DNA of 64,000 nt, taken from the NCBI GenBank assembly GCA_016748015.1, contig JAAOMT010000282.1, forward strand, positions 1-64,000. Direction: 5' to 3'. Source of the stretch: Geosiphon pyriformis uo1 (taxonomy: Eukaryota; Fungi; Glomeromycota). Positions 42,465 through 52,721 of this stretch are shown here, in pieces; within the stretch, counting starts at the first letter, position 1, and each line of letters starts with the position of its first letter. The notes under the pieces are model-generated. The model was not told the DNA's origin. It saw nothing but the letters and a program-made list of their open reading frames with translations, and did not search any database. A program made the translations under genes and the position numbers.

Positions 42465-42835
42465 ATCACTTTTAAGATATCAAGTTTTCTCATTTTTTTG
42501 AGAAATAAACTTGAAATTTGGGTTACTTTCTATGGCTCTTCAACATAATAATATTGTTGTGTAAAAAAATGACACCTACTTAAAAAAGGGAAGATTTTGA
42601 TATACTTGAAAACCATAATTCCTGCTAAATCGCAAAAATCCTTGGATGTAATTTCACAACAATATGCTGCTTTATTAACAAGTATCAAAAAAATAGAGAA
42701 ATGAAAAATTATTATATTCTAAAGACCACAGATTGTTAGCAACCACAAAAAAATTTGCTGGTATGTAAAGCAAAAAATTGTCAACAATTTAGGTTTAAAT
42801 ATAATCTATTAACTGCTGCAAATATACTCTACAAT
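42465..42835 (+). repeat. Dispersed repeat family B, copy 2
   Basis: Colinear similarity with 29955-30245. Confidence 0.7.
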
Positions 42836-43266
42836 AAAGGGTTATCTATTTCATTGTCGTCACTCCATCAATGATTGTAAAATACAGAAAGTAATAGCAG
42901 AATTGAAATTTAGATTTGAATTAAAAAATATATGGATGCACGAGCAAAATTTTGAAAGCTTACCAAATCTTCATTCAAATTAAGCTTTTTTACCTTGAAA
43001 TAATGAAAATGAAGTCTATGACATAGGGCTTTTACATGTATCTAGATTGGATAAAAAGGAAAAAGCTTTATGTGTGGTAATTTTTCCCTGTTGTTCGTTA
43101 ATTTTTTTCACACACACAGTAACTACAAATAATCAAACTTTAAAGATTAAAAAGCAATTTTAATATGAGGCTAATCATTAAGGTCTAACTATAAAGATTT
43201 CAAAATCCCCTTCTCGAATCTCGCTTGCAAGCATCTTAGGTCTTTATTTTGTGACAAAGGCCTAAA

Positions 43267-43324
<58 letters not shown>

Positions 43325-44079
43325 GCCAATTAAAAATATGCCATTCTTAAATTTCAGAGTGGGACACATTGTTAATTAAAATAATAAAGGCAAATATTTT
43401 GAAGCTTCTAATGAATAGACACAATAGGAAATAAAGCTGACTACTAGATAACACAATACGTTGAATGGGTTTTCAATTGCATGCCTTAAAACTATATTTA
43501 AAAATTTATCGAACTCTCATATCCTTTGAAAATTTCTTTAGTATACAAGTGACACGTTAGACATAGCGTCACAAGAACATGATATAATATTAAGGTCCCT
43601 GAAGAACAATACCTAGTTTGAAATCTATGTTGTACATTCTACTTTAGAAAGTTTTTTTTTGTTTTTAACAAGCTTTTAAATTCAAATCAAGATTAAAAGT
43701 GGAATAATTGTTTAAAATAAGGTTTTCATTAAAAATAAAATGTAAAAATTGTAGAAACCATTTTTTTTTCAGTTGGACATGATAAGCCATTCAAAATCGA
43801 AAATTGTCACACTAAAAAATGAAATTTACAAATATCAAAATTAAATTGAAAGCTATAATACAATTTGTAACACTGTATTTAGTTTACCATTATATCTATA
43901 GAAGAACAATGAAAGCTTTACTTTTTATTTCTAGAAAATAGAAAAATATTTTACAATTGTTATTTTCTTTATAAAACTCACCTGAAGTCTTTGCTACTTT
44001 TTTAAATTTCAACACCTCTCATCTCTCAAAGACAAAAATCGCAATTTGAGTTCACTTTATCAAAAAACTAAGAATCAAA

Positions 44080-44259
44080 ATGCATCAAATCAATACCACT
44101 TTAAGAAATCAAACCGCTTTGATCTTCAAAACGTTTGAAGGAAGAGAAAATACTAGGAAGCCATTAAAACCTTCGCAAACTTATCAAATGAATACTCCAA
44201 ATGAAACGAACCAAAGCCAATTATCGACGTTCAGTGAAGGTGGTTTACCTTGGTTCTAA
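44080..44259 (+). CDS. Candidate small ORF (59 aa), unknown function
   Basis: MHQINTTLRNQTALIFKTFEGRENTRKPLKPSQTYQMNTPNETNQSQLSTFSEGGLPWF-stop. TATAAAA at 43970-43976, pyrimidine-rich leader, caaaATG context, locally raised GC. Confidence 0.4.
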   Translation: MHQINTTLRNQTALIFKTFEGRENTRKPLKPSQTYQMNTPNETNQSQLSTFSEGGLPWF

Positions 44260-44336
44260 AACCAAAGTGGGATAAAAATTACGACGTTCAGTAAAGGTGT
44301 TTACCTGGTCCTAAAACCAGTGTGAGATAAAAATTG
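44225..44336 (+). repeat. Imperfect tandem duplication, about 57-bp unit x2
   Basis: cgacgttcagtgaaggtggtttaccttggttctaaaaccaaagtgggataaaaatt followed by cgacgttcagtaaaggtgtttacctggtcctaaaaccagtgtgagataaaaatt. Confidence 0.85.
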
Positions 44337-45163
44337 TAAAGTTAAAAATTTATTATTTATTTAGTGAGACAAACTGGAATTAAGTTGTAATTCAAGTTGA
44401 CATAACTTCAAACTATTCAATAGTAATTAATTGTATATAAAAATAGTGACCTAATATTTAAATCTATAATACTAATGTAAAAAGATATTCAGTTGTTTCT
44501 TTGATTTTCAAATGCAGCAAACTTGTACCAGATTAATTAAAATATTTTATAAATAAAATCTTTGATTTACCAAAATAATTCAAAAAAAGCCCTTGGTCTT
44601 TATGGGGTGTACCAAAATTACGTTTCAAAACTTTGTAATTTTTATGCGACCTCTAACGGATAAACAAGGCAAACTTATCTTTGGAATTGATAAACTGTAA
44701 ATTGAACTTTGGATATTCCCGAGCTTGCTCTATTTACTATAGTTAATTCTCATTTGTCAATCAAAAATAGCCAAGAATTACCAAGAATTATTTCAAACTA
44801 AAACAGATATTCAAGTACAAAGTGGTAGTCAAATATAAAATAAAATACTATTACCAAAATACTTCAAAAATTACCATAGGAATGGAAAATAATTATGTAG
44901 AAAATTTTTCTTGAATCAATAGAGTGATTTATTAAGGTTTTTCATTAGATCGAAATTTCAAACTTCATTTAATTTTTCAAAAATTTTTTTAGAAATATTT
45001 TATTGGCTAGCTCAAAAATCCATGAGTTTACATAAAGGGTATTGCTTCAAAACAATACCCTATTCTAAACCTTGGAACATGAAACATGAATCATAAATCA
45101 TGAAATATTTGTCATAGCACAATTATTAACAGAAATTGGATAATCGTAACTTTAGAGTAATAA

Positions 45164-45575
45164 TTTTTAGCATTGTTCGTATATATTCTTCGTACAACAA
45201 TGTGCCACATGATTAACAAAAACCTGTTTTTAGCATTGTTAATTAATTCACAGATACCCCATAAACACTTAATAAATCTCCTTAATGGCTGAATTTGAAA
45301 ATGAATGTACTAGTTAAGATGATATCAAAAAACAATGCTCCGTCTGCTCTATTCCCACTGATAATGATTAAATTAAATTAAATTTTGAATATTATTTGCA
45401 TTTTATACATTGTTTGGATAGCTAAACAATGGGGGTCTGCCGAATTATTAATTAAAATAGAACAATAAATTATATCGGTTATTGTCAAAAATTTTGGTTT
45501 TTAACATTCTGTTTCAATTTACATTGTTTTTAATGACAGGTGTTAATATGAAGGTTATGAATTTTTTCTATAAAA
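45164..45575 (+). promoter_or_regulatory. Promoter with clustered SOX/MATA-HMG-type sites (AACAATG) and TATA box
   Basis: AACAATG or CATTGTT at 45171, 45196, 45234, 45331, 45408, 45425 and 45522; AACAAT at 45461; TATAAAA at 45569-45575. Confidence 0.75.
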
Positions 45576-45634
45576 TTGGTTGTGCTCTCCCAATTTCTTT
45601 TCATTCAATCAAACTAAAATAACTAAAAGAAAAG

Positions 45635-45668
45635 AAAAGAAAAGAAAAGAAAAGAAAAGAAAAGAAAA
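45635..45668 (+). repeat. (AAAAG)n microsatellite in the putative 5' UTR of the CaaX peptide gene
   Basis: Directly visible pentamer run between the TATA box and the ATG. Confidence 0.9.
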
Positions 45669-45715
45669 AAACTATAACAACATTCAAAGTAAATCAATCA
45701 AAAAACTTAAAGAAA

Positions 45716-45847
45716 ATGCAACCAACAACCAACAATCAATCTTCATTCAATCCTTTATCAATAATTGCTCCTGGCAACGGCTCTATTAAAGGACCAACCG
45801 GTGACCCAGACGATGGTAGCGGTACCGGACAATGCTCTATTATGTAA
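45716..45847 (+). CDS. Putative CaaX lipopeptide (a-factor-like) pheromone precursor, 43 aa
   Basis: MQPTTNNQSSFNPLSIIAPGNGSIKGPTGDPDDGSGTGQCSIM-stop. Terminal CSIM farnesylation motif, sole Cys, no signal peptide, GC-rich island, aaaATG context, upstream TATA and HMG-site cluster. Confidence 0.75.
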   Translation: MQPTTNNQSSFNPLSIIAPGNGSIKGPTGDPDDGSGTGQCSIM

Positions 45848-47862
45848 AATTTGTAGAGTATTGTTATTGAGAAGTCTCTTTTCTTGACACCGCCATTATT
45901 CTTTGCGCGTAAACTTTTCACCGAATCGAAATTCGTGAAAGTTTCTGGTCAAAATCTGAGGAAAACGTCAGGACTTTATTCAAATTAGTTGAGATCCAAA
46001 TTGAACTCTTTAAATCATTAACTAGTCATTAATAATGAACTCAAAGTTAAACCTATCGTGACTATTCGAAACCAAATGATATAGATAATATTCTTGTATT
46101 TAATTATTCATCTAAAATTTTTAAATTTCGACTTGTTTTACATAATGTAATTAATTTTACCAAAGATCTGATAAATTTGTTGTTATTAAATTAAACTTGT
46201 CAAGAACCACAAATTCTTTTTTCTCAAAATCTTTTAATCAGATTTTCTTACAACTACCGGTTTCGTTAGTAAAGAAAATCTTTGACCATTACTTAAAATT
46301 AAACAGAACAAACCAAAAAATTGACTCATTCAAGACCAGAAATTGAATAAAGAATTCTATACGCATACCAATTATGTGACCATATTAACTGAATTTAATT
46401 TAAATTAAATGTTTAATTTTTTCAAATTGCCAACCCGACACGACCTACAACCCAATTAATGTACTCGGGTCAGATACGGATTCGAAAATATACTAATTTT
46501 TTTTTGACTTTAAGTAAAAATACTTACGAAGCTTGCTCTTTCTCTAGGGTCAGGTCAGAACGGGTTGAAATCGGGTCGGATCAATTCCAAACCCATGTCA
46601 TGAATATTTTTATAACTTATTAATTATTAAAATTGATAAAATTTTTGGTGATGTTATTAATTGAAATTGAAACCAAAAATTATCATGAAATTACTTTTAA
46701 TTCCTATTATTAACTCTTTTACACATAATTTCTAAAAAATAAATAGTTAAAATTATTGAGAGATTTTTTTCTAATTCACTTTCAGTAATTATTATTAATT
46801 AAACAATTTAATATTTTATAACTTTAAAATTTGTTAGTTAAGATATAAAGTTATATTATTAATTTTTTATCGAATTCAGATAATTAAAAATTTAGTGTAA
46901 TTTTTAAATCAATTTTTTTTGATATTGATTTTAATTTATTTTTTTATTTTTTATTAATAATATAAAGTAATTATAACATAAAAAATGCTTCACAATTTTA
47001 AAAACCTAAATCAATTATTTTCTTATTTGTTTAGAGATCTCTGCCTAAAACAAAAGAATAAATATTAAATGTTTTAAATATTCTTGATTAATATAAAAAC
47101 GCAGCAAATATTAAAATATAAATTTATCACAACAATAAAAAAATAATAGTTTTGATATTAGGCATAACCGAAACGGTTTATTATTAGCAATCATTTATTA
47201 TTTAGTGAATAGAAGCTGCGAGAAGTTGATTACTATATGCATATGCATTTTAGTTGATATATCCTTTATTATTAAAGAAGACAAAAAAAGAAAAGGAAGG
47301 CAATAAATAAAATCATAATTAAAAACTAAAAAGTCATACAGGAGAAAACCGAGCTAAACAAGTTCGGCAATTACCAATATTCTACGGAATATCAAGCATT
47401 AGGGTCATCAAAGCCGTTATTAGATGATCAAAAATAGCCTTAGCTTTTAAGTAACCAGCGTTAAAGTTAGAAAAGTTAGAAAAGTAATGAACAATGCAAT
47501 ATAACGAATTAGTCATATTGAACAACGCAGAAAAGCCTGAAGAGAAATTAACTAAAACTTTTTTTCTACTGGAAAAAACACTGATATTGCTAACCAAGTT
47601 TTTTTTTATACCAACCACAGACGAATTCTAAATCGAAAAGCTAACGACACAAAAGAAATAGACATACGCGAGCTATTTTTTTAGCAATTATTTAAAATAA
47701 GGGAAGAAATAGTCGAGGACGACGAACCAAGGCAGAAATTACTATAAATAAAGCCATGATTGGTTTAGAACTTAACAAAGAAAATCAAAAACAAGAGCAC
47801 AAACTTGTCAATACAATCAAATTAAAGGGAAAATATTGTGCATCTAATAAATAAAACAGCTA

Positions 47863-47948
47863 CGGTAAAGTCCTGAAAATAAGCAACCCTCTACATCATC
47901 AATCTTGCACCAAATTTAGGATGGTCGTTTATTTTCGGGACTTTACCA
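47863..47948. mobile_element. 86-bp MITE-like element with about 26-bp terminal inverted repeats and TA flanks (Tc1/mariner/pogo type)
   Basis: Left end TA|cggtaaagtcctgaaaataagcaacc; reverse complement of right end TA|tggtaaagtcccgaaaataaacgacc. Confidence 0.7.
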
Positions 47949-47952
47949 TAAA

Positions 47953-48052
47953 TAAAAAATTAAATCTAACATCAACTAGAACTAAAAAATTAAATCTAAC
48001 ATCAACTAGAACTAAAAAATTAAATCTAACATCAACTAGAACTAAAAAATTA
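47953..48052 (+). repeat. Perfect 30-bp tandem repeat, about 3.3 copies
   Basis: Unit taaaaaattaaatctaacatcaactagaac repeated without spacers. Confidence 0.95.
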
Positions 48053-48599
48053 GAATTATTCAAGTTTGATATTCCCTAACTATTTTTTCATTTTTAAATT
48101 CTTTGTTAAATTGAGAATAATATTTTAAAACTGATATTTTTAATGGTATAATTTATTATGTTTCATTTACTTGTAATAATAATATGTTTATCTAAAAATT
48201 AAAACAATTGAGTTAACAATTTTTTTTTAATTTAATTAAACTGATTAATTATAAATAATAAAATGAATATGATAATTAATAGTAAATCGAAATGTAAAAT
48301 TTGGTGAATTCACCCATAAATGAATGATACTTTCATGGAATACCATTTTAGAAAAACGGAAGTTTCCTATGAAATAAGATAAACAATCAGATAAAGTTAA
48401 TAATATTGTTTAACTATTGTTGACGTAATCGATGCCGACGTAATAATAGAAATTCGTTTTCGAAATAATAATAATAATAGATAAAAATCTTTATAAAGAA
48501 AGCCTCTTTTCACGATTCAGAGCAAAATATATCGATAAAATTCATCAACTCCTCTTTTTATTATATTCTCATAATACTTATTCGGATTTTATTTACGCA

Positions 48600-49088
48600 A
48601 TGGAAACCATTGAAATTAAAAGAACTCGTCCGGAAGCTCATGATTGTAACAAGTGTGAAGAGTGCCAAAAGAGCATAAAAAATAACAAGAAGAATTATTG
48701 CGGCGCATGTCAAGTCTTATTTCTTGAGAAGCTTTATAAGGACTTCTCAAGCGGAAACAAAGTAGTTGACGAGTTAATTAAGAATCCAATTTATACACCT
48801 AAATACAATCAAAAACATCATTTTGAATGGATTCCGTGGGATCGTTTAAAGGATATTAATAAAATTGCAAAAGGAGAATTTGGTGTTATTTATAAAGCAA
48901 CATGGATTGATGGATTAATCGATTTAAATAGTATTAAACATCATGGTGAAATGGATTATAAAAGGAATAAATTTACAAAAGAGAAAGAGGTAACAATAAA
49001 GTTTATAAACACATCTTTTCAGAAGAATGAAGAACTCTTTAAAGAGGTATTATTATTATTATTATTATTCTTATTATTCTTATTATTC

Positions 49089-49145
<57 letters not shown>

Positions 49146-49784
49146 TCATTATTTATTATTATTTAACTATTATTTATATTATTTAATTAACTATTTTTTT
49201 GACTTTTGACAGATAAATATACAAAGAGCTATATTCATTGAGAGTGGGAAACTCTCATATACCTCTCTAATAATAGGGATTACTCAAAATGCTGAAACAC
49301 TCGAGTATGGGATTGTGATGGAGCTTGCAGAAAGTGGAGATATGCGAAAATTTCTGTCAAAAAATTCTCATTCTAATCCTCGGAATAATAAATTATGGAC
49401 AACCAAAAATATTATTAAAGGACTTGATAGAATTCATTTTAAGCAATCATCAGAAAAGAACATTAAAGAAACTGCAGAAAGCGATGACACAAAAAAGACT
49501 TTAACTAAAATTCATCCAAACGCAGTTTATACAAGTCGTCTTTTAACTTTAAAAATGATTGAAGGATCTAATGGTTTGTTCATTATTTAATTTATTTAAT
49601 TTATTTAATTCAATTTTGGTTTAGATTATATTTTTAACTTGTTTTATTTTCATCTATGAATTCTAATTAACAAGAACTTATTTATATCCCTGAAGGTAAG
49701 AAGCTAAAGAAAGGTTTAATATGATTATTTACTCTTGTTAACGTTTTTTTCTCGGTATTTTATTTAGATGACTCTAAAAAATGA
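48600..49784 (+). CDS. Truncated tyrosine-kinase-like family protein (N-lobe only; pseudokinase or young pseudogene); exons 48600-49046, 49213-49573, 49675-49695, 49768-49784
   Basis: FSSGNKVVDELI, FEWIPWDRLKDINKIAKGEFGVIYKATWIDG, VTIK, IIGITQNAETLEYGIVMELAESGDMRKFL and KGLDRIH are followed directly by the tail KIHPNAVYTSRLL. No HRD, DFG or APE motifs. GT-AG introns keep frame. Confidence 0.8.
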
Positions 49785-50434
49785 TTGGTGAACATGATAT
49801 TTTGATTATTTAAGTTTCTTTTCTTTTAAATTGATCTAATAATAAAAAGGTTGATACACTAGAATTTTTCATTTAACATCTTTAATTATAAATAGTATTT
49901 TTATCATAATTCAATAACAATATTTATTAAGCTTATTAATATTATTCCTAGTTTTATGTTTAACGTTGTACTTAAAAAACAATTTGAAACTTTTATTTTT
50001 GTTAAAAATATAATTTATATTAAAACAATAACGAAAAATTATTATTCTGCAAATAAAAATAAAATATAATTTTTTTTTAAAATCAAATGTCAAAAATCAA
50101 AGTTATTAATATTTACATAATGGATAAGGTCTATTTTGAATGAAATGAAGTAATCAAGAGCTAAAGCATCCTTTTCATGGTCATTAATGAATTTACCTTA
50201 AATAACCAAAGATATACGAAAAGACGTCTTTAGGTTTTAAACCAAATATAAAAGACAGTAATTGTTTAATATGATCTCGAGATTAAAACCTTTCTAGAAA
50301 ACTCCTAATTAAACTTCGAGAGCAAGTAAGAAATTTCTATAAGGATTCTTTCACATTGTATTAAAAGATTTTCTTTCATCCTAATTCAAAATATTCCTTT
50401 CTCATTTTTCATTCAAAGAATTCAAAACCTAAAA

Positions 50435-50765
50435 ATGAAAAAGATTTTGACCTCAATTCAATACCTTCTTGCATTTATTCTTTTTACAAAGTCAGTCTCG
50501 CTGTCCCACTAGTATATACGATTTGCCAAACAATCAACAATAATAGTTGAGTCGGATGATATATATTTACAGAGATATTTCTGGTAAAAAAGAATTTATA
50601 AAAAAAATTAAAAAACTTAAAAAATTTAAATAAATTTAAAATATTTTCTTAATAGGAACAATAAAAGCCGGCTCTAGTGACCACCATCTCATTAAAGATA
50701 TATGCATAACTGGTTCTATTGCTTTATTTTTCGCTTTCACGCTACAAGAAATAATTGATTGGTAA
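50435..50765 (+). pseudogene. Pseudogene of the small Cys-rich secreted protein family (paralogue of 52366-52721)
   Basis: Signal-peptide-like start MKKILTSIQYLLAFILF, frameshift, then KVSLAVPLVYTICQTINNNS*VG*YIFTEIF aligning to QVSMGGPVAFAVCQTACNAGWVSCYATAGLV. Intron 50584-50655 at the equivalent position; exon 2 GTIKAG...DICITGSIALFFA. Confidence 0.75.
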
Positions 50766-51076
50766 ATTTCTTGTTGAATTTATTTTATTTCAAACAAACT
50801 AAATAAAAATATGTAATTAGAATATGAGAAAGAGTTGAAAATACTTTTTCTTAATTTTATATCTAAAAATAAAAACCGAAATTAATGTAAACCATACAAA
50901 TATTATCAAATATTGTAAATTATCTTGTAAATTTTAAAAAATGTTGTTTGACAAAATATGAAAAGAATTATTTGAAATTTTTATAAGCAATATATACGGT
51001 GAGTATACAATAAAAGATGCAAAAAAAGAATTTTGAAAGTATATATATAAAATATTTTAGATAAAAGATTAAATTA

Positions 51077-51120
<44 letters not shown>

Positions 51121-52365
51121 CATTGTCAAAAATATTGGGGTACTAAATTATTAATTATTTGGATAAATAAAAATAATTTTCATAATTTAACAAAAAATGT
51201 TTAATATATATATATAATTTATTACAAAAAAAAATTAAATAAAAAATTTTTTTGTTCATAAACAATTATAATTAAAATTTAAAATACATTTAATAATAAT
51301 AAACAGAAATTTTGTTAAAAATATAAATTTTTTATAAAATATTTTATATTCAAACTATTTCGTTTTTGTAAACTTTAAAATATAAATAGAAATTATTAAT
51401 TATTTAAATAATAATAATAATAATAATAATAATTTTCGTTTTTGAACTTTTATTAAAAATCAAAGAAATTAGTAAAAAAAAAATTTATAATATTAATTTT
51501 AATTTAAGAAAAAAAAATTTTATAGAAAAACTAGATTATAAATATTGTATCACTAATATAATTAATAAAATTACCCATGATAAATTTTTTAAAGTTACAA
51601 TATGATTGTTTTGCAATTAATTTTATTATCAATAAAAAAAATATATTTATTTTTAATATTTATTTTAGTTAATTTTAATGACCAAATATTAATATTATAA
51701 TTTAAATTTTAAAATTTGTATAATTAAAACAAAAATTTTATTCAAAATTTTAATAATTACAAATTATTATAAAATATTTTGTTAATTGAGATTAATATTT
51801 TTTTAAAATTGATTTTATATTAAATAATTATGTAATATTTAATCTATTTTTTTTATTTTTATTCTAATTTATTTACTACATTTTTTACTTATTATTATTA
51901 TTATTATTATTATTGTCATTTTTATGTTTAGGTTGGCCATAGTTAAAGCAGATAAATAAAATTAAACAAGTGAGGCCCAACCTTTATCTACGCATATAAA
52001 ACTAAATAAATTTTATAGTAGACGCAGCTCATGCTTTGTCCGCACGTGACCAGCTACCCGAGCCAGTATAATAATAAATAGGTATTATTGCGTACGCGTG
52101 ATCAGCCACCCGTTTTGTGAAAATAATTCTTAAAATATATTATCATGATTTTGTAATTATTATTAAAAATCCCAAATAATTAATTTGATAAAACAATATA
52201 TTATTGTTTATATCAGAAAAATATCAAAGAGCATTTTTATTTGATTAAAATTTTACGAAATTTAAAGATCGGTCATTTAAAATTTAACTTTGAAACAAAA
52301 ATTTAAAATCATTGAATGTGTAAAATCTTAGAATACATTTTCCCATGACAACACAATTAACCAGT

Positions 52366-52721
52366 TCAAGGGGTTGGAGCGATGAGTAAGCTACCGCATG
52401 CAGCCATACACAATCCTTGGGCGACGTTACATCCTGCAGCGGCAAGAGGAGCCGCAAGACCTCCAGATACGGTACCTTTGAGAGAAAATTTTGAAAATGA
52501 AAAATGGGAAAATTTCAGAAAAATTAGATTCCAAATTTTAAATCAACTTTTTTTCTTTTTTTACCGGCAACGAGCCCAGCAGTAGCATAACAAGATACCC
52601 ATCCAGCGTTACAAGCGGTTTGGCACACCGCAAAAGCTACCGGCCCTCCCATTGAAACTTGGCTAAAGCAACCAAGGATAACGAGCGAGATAAAAAGAGA
52701 TGTCATGGGTCCAGCTTTCAT
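52366..52721 (-). CDS. Small secreted Cys-rich, Ala/Gly-rich hydrophobic protein (88 aa); exons 52721-52565 and 52475-52366
   Basis: Spliced product MKAGPMTSLFISLVILGCFSQVSMG|GPVAFAVCQTACNAGWVSCYATAGLVAGTVSGGLAAPLAAAGCNVAQGLCMAACGSLLIAPTP. Six mature Cys and the GPxAxxxCQTxCN...APTP pattern of a widespread, poorly characterised fungal family often annotated as cysteine-rich or zygote-specific-like. Confidence 0.92.

Noticed and set aside
45736-45921. Track ORFs 45736..45921 (-) and 45580..45789 (+)
   Set aside because: Non-ATG starts; they are shadow frames of the CaaX ORF, which has the ATG context, TATA box and terminal motif.
47953-48052. CRISPR-like 30-bp repeats
   Set aside because: Units are contiguous with no spacers, there are no cas genes and the context is eukaryotic.
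49027-49209. Poly-Tyr and poly-Leu ORFs; apparent TM tail on the kinase
   Set aside because: Translation of a (TTA)n microsatellite inside intron 49047-49212.
52382-52585. Plus-strand ORF MSKLPHAAIH...
   Set aside because: Antisense shadow of the Cys-rich secreted protein gene.
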